Position numbers and translations under genes: made by a program. The notes under the pieces are model-generated. The model saw only the letters and a program-made list of their open reading frames with translations. It did no database searches and was not told the DNA's origin. Below, in pieces: positions 24,431-38,589 of a DNA stretch of 64,000 bases; position 1 is the first letter of the stretch; each line of letters opens with the position of its first letter. The stretch is from Octopus sinensis (lineage: Eukaryota): NCBI RefSeq assembly GCF_006345805.1, contig NC_043001.1, positions 86,552,001 to 86,616,000 of the forward strand, written 5' to 3'.

Positions 24431-26419
24431 TATAAACTTCGGTTGTATTTGATATTCCAAAATTCAGCAACCCGCAAACTACTATTTATTAAAATATATC
24501 TGAAGATATGAATTATTTGTAGTCTATTTGCAGGCTCTGAAATGTATTCTAAAAAGCCACTCCCTTCCTCATTTTCCTCCAGCTATTATTTCTACCATCC
24601 CACTGGTAAAGGAGTGTGATTTAGTTCACTTTAGCTTCTACATTACCAGGTTATTCCCAGCTGTCAAAGGAAAATAAAAAAATTTTTCTATCAACATTTT
24701 TTTGCAGTTTTACTTCTCTCTTTCTATCTCTCTCACTACTTTCTTTCCCCTTGTCCATATATCTATATCTGAATATTTGTAGTTATTTTCCCCCCTTCTC
24801 TATCTATTTTACCACTACCTTTCCTTTTTTTCTCTATCAATCTCTCTCTCTATCTATCCATCTACCTCTCTGCTTCACCACCACCTCCTTTGCTTCCTCT
24901 CTCTACCCCTATATCTGTCTATGACTGTTTGTAGTTATACTTCCTCTTCTCTATCTCTCTCACAACTTTTTCCCCTCTGTCTTTCTTCAGATCTCTCTCT
25001 CTCTCTGTGTTTGCTAACCTAAATATCCCTGTCTTCATTTCCTGTAAGTCAACAGTCTCAATCACAAACCAAGCTAGTTTATCTTTTTTTTGTTTTTTTT
25101 ATTAAGTATTTCCCATTCAGTTTTTAGGGTACATCCTCAATTGTTTTCAGAAAAAATTCTCATTGACATACACCTAACTACATACAGATGGTAAATCTTT
25201 TACATAGTTTTTTTGATCAGTTTTTCTTTCTAGAGTTTAAAGTTCAAATCCATAGCTAAAAGATTTATTCTTTGTTATATCATCAAGTATATAAACACAT
25301 GGATTATTAATAAGGAAACAAACATTGGCTATTGATGGCTATAATCCTTTTTTCCTTCCTTTATCTTACTTTGTTCCTCTTTTTGTATTTTCACTTTCTC
25401 CCTGTGTTTTGGATTTGGATTTTTAATGTGGTTTTGTATCATACATGTATCATGCACAAATAGTCTTTTACTTGTTTCAGTCATGTGACTGTAGCCATGC
25501 TGGAGCACTGCCTTTAGTCGAGCAAATCGACCCCAGGACTTATTCTTTGTAAGTCTAGTACTTATTCTTTCGGTATCTTTTGCCGAACTGCTAAGTTACA
25601 GGGACATAAACACGCCAACATCGGTTGTCAAGCGATGTTGGGGAAACAGACACAAACACATACACACAATATATACATATATACGACAGACTTCTTTCAG
25701 TTTCCGTCTACCAAATCCACTCACAAGGCTTTGGTCGGCCCAAGGCTATTGCCCAAGGTGCCACGCAGTGAGACTGAACCCAGAACCATGTGGTTCGTAA
25801 ACAAGCTACTTACCACACAGCCCCATGTTATATTCCAGAAAAAGGTATTCAAAAAGTAATTATTATTTGTATGACTTGATGATTCCTATCTTGGTTTCTT
25901 TTCCCTTTAAGAATTCAATATTCCGTCATATTTTACTGAGAGTTTATTAGATAAAGATTATTTATTAAGTTGTGTAGTAGAAAACTTATGTGCTGACTAG
26001 AATTTAGATAGATACTTACAAGACAGATATCTTTTTGCCAGAATTGGCCAAGGCCATGACTAACTTTATAGAACCACCTAGAAAAGACATTTAATAGTGT
26101 TTCATATTACAGTCATTCTTTGAGCACCACAGCCTATTCAAGAAAATTGTTATTGTTTATAAAGATATTACCATGTGTAAGTAGTTTGTCTGGAATTTGT
26201 TGGAGGTATTCATCCAGGAACTGCCAAGAAATACCAGAAGGGTTCCAATGATCTTAGTTCTAATATTTAATTCATGGAATGGAGTCAGCATACAAAATTG
26301 ATTGTTTTCAACTGGAGAATGTTTTGCTGCTAAAAGTATGGAATGTCTATATTAATAGGTTTTGAAAAATGGTCTCTTACAGAACTTGAGAACCTCTAAC
26401 AAATACATAGATTCAAGGA

Positions 26420-27170
26420 ATGAGATTTACATTCGACGGATATTTGTCCTCATCTTGTTCGTTGTTAACACAATGTTTCGGCTGATATACCCTCCAGCCT
26501 TCTTCAGGTATCTTGAGGAAATTTCAAACCTGGGTTCTCATTCCTAAGGTATTTTTCGATGTTATTATTGGAATCGAACTTGGAATCTTGGGGTTAGTAG
26601 CCTGCACTCTTAACCACTATGCCATATGCCCGTGGGCAATTATGGAGTGAATTTTTAGGGCTTATAAATCTAATATTTTTCCTATCCTTCCTTAATACCG
26701 GTTCTCATATGCTGCTCATATCTGCATTTGGTCTGCTTAGAAGGTTATTGTGTCCTAGCATATGTGCTGCTTCTTTTAGTTTTTGCATTTTCCAGTGGTG
26801 TCCTCTGTCTATTATTTTAACTTCATCCCGCAGGGGGATGTGGTCTCTATTTTTCCATACATGATCAGTTATACCTAATTTATCAATATCTCCTCATGTC
26901 ACAGCTTTGCGATGTTCGTCTACCCTTATTTTGAGGGGGCAGCTTGTTTCGCCTTTGTATAACCTACCACAGCTGCATGGGATGGAGTACATACAGTCTT
27001 TGATCATATTCTCTTCTATTGGTGGTTTTACTCGCAGGAGATATTTGCAAAGTGTTGTATTACTCTTGAATACTGTCCTGATGTCATATGGGCCACATAT
27101 CTCTTGTATCTTTTTGGAGAGGCCTTTCACATAGGGTAGATAGACTGTGGACAGTTTTTTGGCCTTAAAG
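26420..27170 (-). mobile_element. Penelope-like element 3' portion: GIY-YIG endonuclease end, tRNA-like segment and hammerhead-like motif
   Basis: VYLPYVKGLSKKIQ...CMYSIPCSCGRLYKGETSCPLKIRVDEHRKAV is a PLE GIY-YIG domain; the downstream 3' region has A/B boxes and CTGAAGA-A-GGCTG...CAGCC-GAAA. Confidence 0.85.
26466..26513 (-). ncRNA. Minimal type I hammerhead-ribozyme-like motif (PLE-associated), probably mutated
   Basis: Minus strand reads gatac-CUGAAGA-A-GGCUG(gagggUAUAU)CAGCC-GAAA-caUU-gugUU; stems I and II pair. Confidence 0.6.
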
Positions 27171-28289
27171 AAATGTTCACTTCTCAGCCATGTGGCTTAA
27201 AGTTCAATTCCACTTTGCTGCAATTTGGGTAAATGTTTTTTACTCTAGCCCCGGGGCATTATATCTGACTAAGAAATGTAGGGAGAAAGAATGATGGGAT
27301 AAAGCTCAACTTCTGGCTGTATCTATAACATGTATTCAAAGAACAAATGAAGGAACTGCCTAAGTGTTTGCTTTGACAACTAGAAATAGGTGTGTTCAAT
27401 CCTACTGAGGTTGACATATTTTCAGAGACATTCTTCTCATGACCATCCTATGTTTTCAGAATTGGGTTATCTCAGATTACACTGTCAGTGTATCCTTTCC
27501 TATTTTTTAAAGATTGTATGGTGTGGTTCACAAGATTTGGCTCATATCTCTACCAGATCAAGAGGCTATCTAGTGTGAAACTTAGTAAAATTAATACCAG
27601 TAATATACTAGTATAGATTCAGCTGATAAAACTCCTTAAAAGGAAATTATATTTTGTAATTCTAAATTCTTGATTTTTGGGTTCAATCTCACTATGTAGC
27701 ACCTTGGGCAAGTGGATTTGGCTGACAGAAATGGAAAGAACCTCATCACACACACATACATGTCAATATGTATGTATATATATATGTGTGTTTGTATTGT
27801 GTTTGTCAACCAGTGTTGGTTTATTTCTGTCCCTGCAGCTTAGCAGTTTGGCAAAATAGACCAATAGAATAAGTACCAAACTTCAAAAATAAGCACTGGG
27901 GTTGACTAAAACCACTTTAAAGTGGTGCATCAGCATGGCCACAATTCAATGACTGAAACAAGTAAAAGATTCAAGTGTGAGAGCTAGGGTATTGACATAA
28001 AGAAGTTCCATTGGACAGCCAATTTTATATCCATGTTTTATAGCTTGGAAAACTACAATAAACAGGAGGGTGCTAAGAACTTATCTTATATTTTGCTGAT
28101 GCCAGTTTATGTACATTACAAGCAAAATTATCATAAGCAATTATCTTCATTTAATTATGAAAATTTGTTTTGGATTTGGTTCCAGAGTTAGCTACTATAG
28201 TCCCCAGCTGACCAAAGCCTTGTGAGTGGATTTGGTTGATGGAACCTAAAAAGTTTATCTTGTGTCTTTGAGTTTCATTGTCTCTGGTT

Positions 28290-28620
28290 TCTTCTCACCC
28301 CTAGCAGATAAATCTTATGTCTTTTATCTAAGTTTCATAATGACCAGCAGTTACAGAGCACGGTACCTGGTCAAAGCCTTCTCTAGAAAGATGAATGAAT
28401 ACCAGGTACAGAGGTTCATTTTTACCTAAAGTCTCCTGGTTGTTGTCTTGCCTGGAAGTGGACATCACTGCTGCCCAGTCTTGGTACAATCTTGAAGTAC
28501 ATTTCATCTAATTCTATTCCTGATCATTTGAACTATAACTGTCTGTTACTTCCATAATGCAGTTCATCAATATGATGCTTCTCTATTTGGTTTTATTCTG
28601 GTGTAACTGTTTGTCATGGT
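28290..28620 (-). mobile_element. Highly decayed RTE RT fragment
   Basis: Minus-strand translation resembles IELDEM.F..VP.LG..D..F..RQ. Confidence 0.45.
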
Positions 28621-28904
28621 AACAGTTTATGATGATATTGTCCTCTCAAATTAACACTTCTACATTATTTTTTCTTAGGTCACAATGAAGACAAGTGCAA
28701 CACTGTTATTTTGTATACACTTTTCCCCAACATCAGCTTTGATACACTTTGAGTCAACTTTGATACACTCTTTTAATCAGCAAACCTCTTACTTTCACTT
28801 TGTTCCTTTATGTCTAACTTATCTGGCAGCTGCTTCAAGTTGTCCCTCACTGGCTGCTTTTTCCTGGCCTGTCCCTAGCTTTTATGGCTGTACCTATTGA
28901 ACCA

Positions 28905-29027
28905 TTCCACCATCATGTGTGTTGGGCATGGAACAAAAAAAACCTATTTCTATATTGATCTTTACAACCATCATGTGTGTTGGGCATGGAACAAAAAAAA
29001 CCTATTTCTATATTGATCTTTACAACC
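28905..29027. repeat. About 58-bp perfect tandem duplication
   Basis: accatcatgtgtgttgggcatggaacaaaaaaaacctatttctatattgatctttaca x2. Confidence 0.9.
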
Positions 29028-30346
29028 ATTTCAAAAATTCAGGGATTAGCTGAAGAAATGTATATTATGCATGCGGATGCAATAATTCACATCTTTCTTC
29101 TGTTGGCCTGCTCACTTAGTCAGCAGGGTGGCGTCATTTGAAGGCTAAAACAATGTGAAGTGCATTGTGACAAGTGATGTGTAGCAACATCTGATAGCCT
29201 GGTTGGTCACAGTGATATATCATGTCATATATATGATATAACTTTTTCATGATGTATTTATATATAGTATGTATGTATTTAGTCATTTTTACACACATGT
29301 ATGGAGTGGGGAATGGCAACAAGATGCTTTATAGTATTGAGTTACATGCCCTTACATTTCTGTATTCATGTCCTACCAATACCAGCTTTGCGTTTTCATC
29401 CCACTGGGCTGGGTGGCAGTGTGAGGCAAATAAAATACTGGTTGTTGATACCATTAGCTTTGCAGTCTCTCTGAAAATTTGTGTATTTGCCAATATTTGA
29501 AACCATCATTTATACACACACACACATCACACACAGTAATCAGGTACATATAGGATGTTGGCATATATCTAACTGATGTTATACATGAAATGGCTTAGGT
29601 ATGTAGCAGAGAACACAAATGATTGGGTATAGGATTAAATACCTTGTGCTATTATATTGCATGCCTTTATACTGAGCAGAAATGTTGCTAGAGTACTCTT
29701 AGCTATATACCTATCTGATATAAAAAATATATACTTGAGTAAATAGAATTAATTAATGAAAGAATTAGCTAATCCTTTCTTTTAAAATATATGGCACTCT
29801 GCCAATATAAGAAATGTGTTCCATGTATAATTGTATGTACACAGTGTGTGTATATAAAATATAAAACCTTGTATGGTAAACAGTAAAAGTGTAGCGTTGT
29901 TATTATTGATTCTCAATGCATGTACATGCACATATATACACATGCTCCTGTTTGTGTCTGTACATGCTCTTATCCCTTTAGAACTCAGATTGCTCTATGG
30001 GATGTAAATATTGAATATATTTATTCACATTGTTTTGAATTAATCTTACTTTATCTTGTAACTTTGATTTCAAGGATAAATTGGTTTTGTTTTAGAATGA
30101 CATTGTAGGGTAGGTGTGAGAGGCTAAAACCAGTCAGTTTGAACATAAAACAGATAGAGTATTGAGACCAGGTATGACTGGTTTCAATTCATGAACAGGA
30201 TTATGCACACGTGTACAATTAGATACATATTTTTAATGCATGCATGCACAAATCCACATGCCTGCTCAGGAGTCATCACATTTTTAATTAGTAAAGCCTT
30301 GTACTGTGTTCAGAGATCAATTAATGTCTTTTATATTTTCTCTGTG

Positions 30347-30655
30347 GAGGCACAATGGCCCAGTGGTTAGGGCAGCAGATTCGTGTTCGTAGGATCACGG
30401 TTTCGATTCCCAGACCAGGCGTTGTGAGTGTTTATTGAGTGAAAACACCTAAAAGCTCCACGAGGCTCCGGCAGGGGGTGGTGGTGATCCCTGCTGTACT
30501 CTTTCACCACAACTTTCTCTCACTCTTTCTTCTGTTGGCCTGCTCACCTAGCCAGCGGGGTGTTGTCATTTGAAGGCTAAAAACAATGCGAAGCGCATTG
30601 TGACTAGCGATGTGTAGCAACATCTGATGGCCTGGTTGGTCACGTGATCACGTGA
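30347..30655 (+). mobile_element. SINE family C
   Basis: ggaggcacaatggcccagtggttagggcag head, B box ggtttcgattccc, cacgtgatcacgtg tail. Others at 1-215, 32745-33170, 46650-46960, 53465-53710 and 57762-58050. Confidence 0.85.
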
Positions 30656-31262
30656 TATTTTCTGTATATGTGTGTTGTGATGGTAGTGCTGGAGGGACTC
30701 ATAATATGTGTATGTATGCATAGTACCATAAAACATTAAATATGCAAACAACGAGGTACGTGTGCATGTATATTTGAAAATCTAGTTGTAAGAGGAATTG
30801 TGAGAATATAACAATCCTTCAATGGTTTTCATGTGTGAAGGGAAAAGAGAGGAGGATAGTCTCTTGACAGGCAATTTTACAGTTTGTTGACTATTCTTCA
30901 GAGAAGACCTCTCTCAGTGAAGTAGTCAGAAATTCAACTATTACTATAGTATGTAGTTTAATTTATATTGTTTTGCTTTTGACAGACTGCTATTTGTTAA
31001 ACCATTTCTATTGTTTAACTCCGTGACAATGGTTGTTTATCAAACAACTTCACTGCACTAATGGTTATTGTTTCAGCTAAGGTCAGCACTCAGTGCATGA
31101 CAGTGGTTCAGCATATATTTTTATGTCAGCCACTTCAAGGGAAGCACTGTTTATTTTTGTAAGCTATTATCATTGGGCAGAACATTCCTTCAGTGTTATT
31201 GCATGAATAACATAACTCAGCAAATTTAGACTAATAGCATATATTAGCTTAACAAAACATCA

Positions 31263-31379
<117 letters not shown>

Positions 31380-31499
31380 TCATTTTGATGCATTCTTCTT
31401 TTCTAAAGCAAGTATACAACACACAAAAATTTATGCCAATGTCATGGGGTTAATATGTAGATAAGAACAATCATTTTTGATACAAAAAAAAACAAAAAA

Positions 31500-32070
31500 C
31501 TTCTTGCTCATGATCCTACATCTCCTCTTATGTCCCCATTGTTTACACTAGGCACATCGTATGGAATTTCTACCTATCCCTTTTCTGCATATCAGGCGTG
31601 GTCATTTCTCTTCCTAAAAGAAGATAGGGATCTATCTTTCTTTACTAAAACTTTAGTATTTGCTAAGTTTACTTTGAGGCTCATCAATTTTAAATTGTTT
31701 CCATGTCTGGAATTTCTTTTCCAATTCTTCTACAGATTTTGTTATAAGGACTAGGTTATCAATATAGAAGAGTTTCCTTTGGCAGATAGTAAAACTCCTC
31801 AATTATAGCTTTGGAGGCTATAATAAATAGATGGACCCTCCCACTTCTCTGCATGCTAAATTCATCACTGAACTCATTATTGACTCTCACCTTGCTGATT
31901 GCATCTCAATTCATAACTTGTGCAACCATTGTGAACCATTCCGACAGAGCAAGGAACCCAGTGAAAACCTCCAGGTTTACAAATGCAAAATATAAAGCTT
32001 AGCTAAGTACTTCTTATGAAGCACCAGGGTACCACTTCCTAGTACAAAACCAGTCTGCATCTCATCCAGA
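31500..32070 (-). mobile_element. Decayed RTE LINE fragment
   Basis: RINLDEMQ.GFV, KKYLAK, SKVRVNNEFSDEF and CLICRKGIGRNSIRC pieces. Confidence 0.65.
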
Positions 32071-35000
32071 TTAATCCTGTTCTGATTCAATTTTGCAGTA
32101 ACTCATTTTATAACTTGCAAAACTTTGATGCTTCTGTTGTGCATCAATTTTCCACTACCAGACACCTCTCCTGTTACCAACCTTCACCTATTTCCAAGTA
32201 AGACTAAATTTTATATATTTACCTCCCACACAGAGAAAAGAAACAGAGGAATTTGTTACTCAACATTCCAGTTGTCTCAAGTCAACCATTTATTCTACAT
32301 CCGCATCACTGTTTTTGTCATTTAATTAGAAAAACCTCCCGCATGTTTCCTTCTTTTGAGCTAATCTTCATTAACAATAAGACAGACTAATACTTTGAGA
32401 ATAATCTAATACTATATGACTGAGTGAAGCAAACTTTTCTGCTTTCTATCCACAAAGCTGTTTCTGTACGCTTTCCATGGAGTCCAATTTCAAACTGTTC
32501 AAATTGCTGTTCTGCTTGTTAATTTTGCTACTTTTAAATAAACTAAGACTATAAGTAATGCAGCTTAGATCTAATGAAACATCTACTTAATGTTATAAAT
32601 AGTTGTTGCCAGCTACTTCTTAGTTGGCCACTGTAAGCATGTATTTTCTTTTAAACATCTACTTATTATATAGTCTTTCTCTATTAATACATTTTGATAT
32701 TCATAATACTAAAACTGTTAGAATGTTATCATTGTTGCTCAGCCCTGACAAAACGGACCAATGATCACTGTTCATTTCAGTTATGATCATCCATTCTTTT
32801 TAAGGGGTCCTAGGACTTCATTATCAGATATGTCCTCTTTTTAAGATGAGGAGCACTCCGTCAGTTACGATGACGAGGGTCCTAGCTGATACGATCAATG
32901 GAACAGCTTGCTCGTGAAATTAATGTGCAAGTGGCTGAGCAATCCACAGACACATGTACTCCTAACGTAGTTCTGAGGGAGATTCAGCATGACACTGTAA
33001 CAAGGCCGACCCTTTGAAATACAGGTACAACACATTTTTGCCACCTGAGTGGACTGGAGCAATGTGAAATAAAGTGTCTTGCTCAAGGACACAACATGTT
33101 GCCAGGAATTGAACTCATGACCTTACAATTGTGAGCCAAATGCCCTAACCATTAAGCTACACACCTTCACTCTCTTTTTAAGATAAGGTGTGATTTGAGA
33201 GTGATTTTATTGCTATTTCTAGGAGGTGGAGTGACTACAGATAGGCTCCTTTATTGTGCTTGTATAGGGTTATATCTCTTGTTTAACATTTTACTCATCA
33301 CCATCATCATTTACTGTCTGGTTTTCATGCTGGCATGGTTTGGACTCTTTAGTACTTATAATGACTTTAACTTTTGGCACAAGGCTAGCAATTTTAGGAG
33401 GATCGAGTAACTCAATTGCACCAACCCCATTGCTCAAGTGGCACTTATTTTTTTTATCAGTCCTGAAAGGATGAAAGACAAAGTTGACCTCCATGGCATA
33501 TGATCTTAGAAGAGAAAGAGCTGGAAAAAATGCATTTTGTCCAACATGCTAATGATTCTGCCTGCTCATTGCTTTCATAGGTATTTATAATTGTAACGGT
33601 CTTAGCTATGTTGATATTCATATTGGTACAGGTATGGTTATGCGGTGAGAAGTTTGCTTCCTATTCACATGGTCTTGGTTTCAGTCCCGTTGAGTGACAT
33701 CTTGGGAAAGTGTTTTCTGCTGTAGTCCCAGACTGACTAAAAGCCTTGTGAGTGAATTTGCTAGATATGGATCCTGGTTGAGAACCACTGCTGTAGACAA
33801 ATGCCACTAACATACAAGCAGTGTTCTTCAATTCGGGTATTTTATGAAAACGTCTGGTCAAGGGGAAATTTTAACCTCGCTTGGAAGTAGGTAAGGGTTG
33901 ACGACAGGAAGAGCATCTGGATGTAGAAAATCCACCTCAGAAAATTCTGTTCAACCCGTGCAAGCATGGAAAAGTGGATGTTATACAATGATGTGGTTGT
34001 TGATTTATTAATATGAAACCAAGAAACAATATATCACAGAAAAGTCACTGGAAAACTTCAGTAAATTACTAAGTTAAGTGCTATGACATTATAGAAAATT
34101 GTGTTACCATTGTATGTATGTCGTGTATTTTCAGTTCATTAACTTAAAAATATTATTAAATTAATACTATTAAAAATGTTACTTTTATGGGCATTTAAAT
34201 GAAATGTAACATTTTTCTGTGACATTTTTCAAAGCCAGAATTTTTTTTCCCTTTTCCCCAAAAGACGCCAGCATGGCTGTGTGGTTAAGAAGCTTGTTTT
34301 GTCACAATCTGGTTTCAGGTTCAGTCCCACTGCATTGGCGAGTGTCTTCTACTATAGCCCTAAGTCATCCAATGTCTTGAGAGTGAATTTGGTAGACAGA
34401 AACTGTGCAAGCCCATTTTGTGTGTGTGTGTATAAATGATATGGAAAATGGATTTGGTACGAATCTTTATTCAATGCAACAATCGTTTTGACCTGTCCTG
34501 CAGTTGTCCCTTACAGGTAGGATATTGTGCATCTAGTTGCATTAATCAGTGCAGTCTGTATCTCCTCAGGTGTTTTGGTATAAAAGATATCCTATTACAT
34601 ATACTGAGCTCTTCCAGGTATGATGTACTGTCATCATTTATAAACCAAACAAACACTGTAGAATTTCTGATGTAATTTCTGTGAAAATTATACACCATAA
34701 TTGTGGATGACATCAGGTAGCCCAAACAGTGAATGTACTTTAATCTGTATCCAAATAATTATATATTTGTATGTGTGTCTTTGTGTTTGTCCCCTCCTAC
34801 CACTGCTTGACAACCGGTGTTAGTTTACTTGACTAAACTTTTGAAGTATGTACCTCAGCATGTCCACAGACTAATGGCTGAGACAAACAAAGGATAAAAA
34901 TAAATCAAAATTGTGGCTTTTCCCAAGGCCACTATATTTCTGTGCAGCATTTGTATAAAGTAGAACGGTCTGACTTTTAACCCTTCAAACAAAGCCAGTT

Positions 35001-35273
35001 TTGACTAATTTAAACAAATAGGAGAGTGAGTCAGAAAGTAGTGCAGTTTTTATTTACATTATTTTTTCATTCACCTTTGTAATATTATCTTTGTGACAGA
35101 TGGTTTTGGCCATTTAGAATGTATGGTTAAAGTCAAAACGTTTTCTTATAATGTATATATATATATATATATATATAACGGGAAGCTTTATGAAAATAAA
35201 CAAAAGACGAAGGCAGGTGGAATACAAACAAACAATTGTATTAGTATGGCGCTCAGGAATATAAATAAAACAA

Positions 35274-35313
35274 GTCTTTTAAGTTTCGAGCCTACGCTCT
35301 TCAACAGAAAGAT
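35274..35313 (-). ncRNA. Second hammerhead-like motif in a non-autonomous repeat (about 35177-35380), degenerate
   Basis: Minus strand reads ucuuu-CUGUUGA-A-GAGC(GUAG)GCUC-GAAA-cuu-aaaaga; core position A6 is U. Confidence 0.4.
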
Positions 35314-36303
35314 ACACAGAAAGAAACAAGGAGAGAAAAAAATGCGTGCAGAGGCTAGCGAATCAACATGGCGATATATATATATATATATATATATACA
35401 AATTAATAAATAAAATAAAACATATATACATACATATATGTACGTACCTACATCTACATGTATATATACATGCATATATGGGTACAGGACACCAAAAAAA
35501 CATCGAACACGATATATATATATTGTATTTTGGAATGGTCATTTTCCCAGTTTAGCCAATAAATATATAAACAATATATATATATATTAATTTTTATGGT
35601 GTTAGGAAGGGCATCCAAATATAAAACTCTGCCAAAACAGACTTAAGTGCCTGGTGAAACCATTTGACCCATGCCAATATGGAAGGCAGATGTTAAACGA
35701 TGACAATGATTTATTTGTGTGTGTATGTATGTTTATGTATGTATGTAATTATTCAGTTTATTTCAAGATTTCTTGCCAATAGAGAAAGAACCAGTTTCTA
35801 ACCTAGATCCAAGGCTCCTTTATTGAAATTTCACGTCAATAACAGGGTATTTTTGTTTGTTTGTTTGTATATATGTATGCATACACAGACTTGTATGTTT
35901 TATGTATGCATTCTCTTGCATATAGTTGCATATCTAGACATGCTCATATATATTTAAATGATAAACTTCTGGAAAGTTGTACAAATATTTACAGTTCCAG
36001 TGATGGATTGGATTTGTAGTCTTCCAATTAGCTTTCTCCTTTCTGGTTTTGAGAAGCCTAATTTCTCAAGATTGGTATTTAGGCAGTGTGTTACATATAC
36101 CAGGGCCTCAATAATTTCAGGTATAAATCTGAACTTCTAATCTGGTTAGAATAACTGCAGATTTCTCAGTAGTTCAGCATAGGTGTTCTTTTTCACTGAT
36201 CTTCAGCCTTATGTTAACATCCACTGGACAGCTAATTTCCACAACTGTGCACAGTTTCTCTTCTCTATCCCAAATCATTATATCAGATCTGTTGTATTGT
36301 GTG

Positions 36304-36348
<45 letters not shown>

Positions 36349-36801
36349 ACAATTGTTGGCTTTATAAGGTGAGATCTATAATATAGATATGATTTTCTCT
36401 GTACGTATTTTTGTTTTATATATATATATATATAATATATATATATATGTGTGTGTGTATTCACGGCAGAGTAACATGATGTTATCTGAAAACTTCTCAA
36501 TAATTGACTACATATATTGAAGTGTGATGGCTGTGTAGGTGCAAGCATGGCTGTATTGTTAAGAAGCTCACTTTACAACTATGTGGCTTCAAGTTCAGTC
36601 CCACTTTGCATTATCTTGAGCAAATGCCTTTTACTACAGCCCGTCCTGTCACTAACCCTCACCTATTTTTCAAGTAAGGTCTTTTTCCTTTTACATATAT
36701 TCATAGTGTGAAATGAGCAGATGATTTGTTGACAATTGAAATGACAACACCTAGTAGCCTGCAGCTTTCATAGAGTGCAAATGTAGACACAGACATACAT
36801 G

Positions 36802-36845
<44 letters not shown>

Positions 36846-36849
36846 CACA

Positions 36850-37348
36850 CCATAAATCCTGAGTATAGTCCGCCCTTGAGTAGGAGATTTTTAGGAGGCT
36901 GTACCTCTGAAAAACCTAAACCTTGTGTATAATACGCACCCCTTCTCTAACTTGAGTCAAGGAGGTCTACACAACGTCCTTGGTTGATAAAACTGTATAC
37001 GGTAACGTCCTTTATTATTATTGCATATGTAACAATGCAAACGTGTAGCATTTTTGTGCATTTTGTTTGCAGAAAATAAAGAAATAACAGTAATAACGTT
37101 TAATAAATGTTGCTTACTGCAAGTTATGGATGATTCTTTTATGACTTCATTGCTTACAGGCTTAGTTTAAGGTATTTTCACGCCCGACATCACAAAATGC
37201 ATCTGAATAAACATTGCTGGACAGCAAATAGAGACTCAGACATTGCTTAGAAAATAATTTTCATTTTTAACCTCATAAGTAGTACGCACTAGGGATTTTG
37301 ACCTTCAAATTTGGGGGGAAAAATGCAGATTATACTCAAGGATTTATG

Positions 37349-37349
<1 letters not shown>
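36850..37349. mobile_element. Tc2/pogo-like MITE, about 500 bp
   Basis: TIRs ccataaatcc.tgagtatagtc / gattatactcaaggatttatgg flanked by TA/CA microsatellites. Confidence 0.65.
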
Positions 37350-37380
<31 letters not shown>

Positions 37381-38109
37381 TACTGAAACAGAGTTTGTCT
37401 CATAATCTGAATTTCAGGTCACTGTGATCTGCAGTTCTTGCCTGAAAATTTCAGTGGCATGGCATGTCACTCAAGTCACAAGACAAATTCAGTTTCAATA
37501 AAAACAGGAAAAATCATACCCTCTGCAACATGTATTGAGCACCCCTCTCTCATTCATCCAACATAATTCAACACACACACACAGTTTTTTTTATTCAGTT
37601 CCTATGAACAACAGATTTCTACTCTGTACTGATTGAAATTGTTACACAATATTTTATTAGAGTGACAGTGGAAACTGCATTAAATAATACTTTTATTAAG
37701 CTTAATAACCATTACACAACAGTTAGTATGTCACTCTGGAAACAAGTGTTGCTGTGTTCATCAGATAAGCACTAAACTGTTCTAGTTCCACCAACACTGT
37801 TACTACCTCAGGAATCTATTACTATTTATACATAAGTTCATAAAGAAGCTTCCTCCTTCCTTTTTACCAAGACTTAGCTACTACTACACCATTAAATATC
37901 AAGTAGTCAACTTATCAGAAATTTCAGTAGGTTTATATCTTCAGTTGTAATTGTCAGCAGGCCAACAACACCAGTCTTCAACCAATTTACAACTGCCAAA
38001 ACAATTACCGGTAGAATTTAGCTCAACAGCCATTCCTGACATCCTAATTCTGCTAATTCAACCTAATTAGTGTTGCTAAAGTACCTATCTTCTTTCATAT
38101 TGATATCTA

Positions 38110-38320
38110 AACTCTTCTCCAACAACATGGCTGAACATGAATTCTCTTGGTTGACAACGGAAGGCATGACCCAGCCAACGTAGACGTCTCATTAGGATGA
38201 CTTGTCGGAGGGAGGTGATTTTGCACTGGAGTCGCACCAAATTGTTGGAGACAAAGTGATACTATCGGACACGAAGGATGCAGTGTAGACAGAGGTGATC
38301 GAAGGATTCTAGTCACTTGA
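38110..38320 (-). mobile_element. LINE 3' ORF fragment (RTE/L2-like)
   Basis: FDHLCLHCILRVR.YHFVSNNLVR...RRLRWLGHAFR. Confidence 0.65.
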
Positions 38321-38589
38321 TATCTTCATTTCTAGTCTCCCTTGAAAAACATGTCTGGCCATGGGGAAATATTACCTTGCTTGGAAACATCTGAGTGTTG
38401 GTAACTGGAAGGGCATCTGGCTATAGAAAATCTGCTTCAGTGAATTCTGTCTGATCCATGCAAGCATGGAACAGTGGACCTTAAAGTGATAATGATAATC
38501 CTTTCACCTATTGGTTCAAGCTTGAAATTTTGAGGGAGGGAGTAAGTCACTTATATTGACCCCTGTGCTCAAGTGGTACTTATTTTATA

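Noticed and set aside
26570-26631. Functional tRNA gene
   Set aside because: Has A/B boxes but no acceptor or T stem pairing; treated as a tRNA-derived module of the Penelope element.
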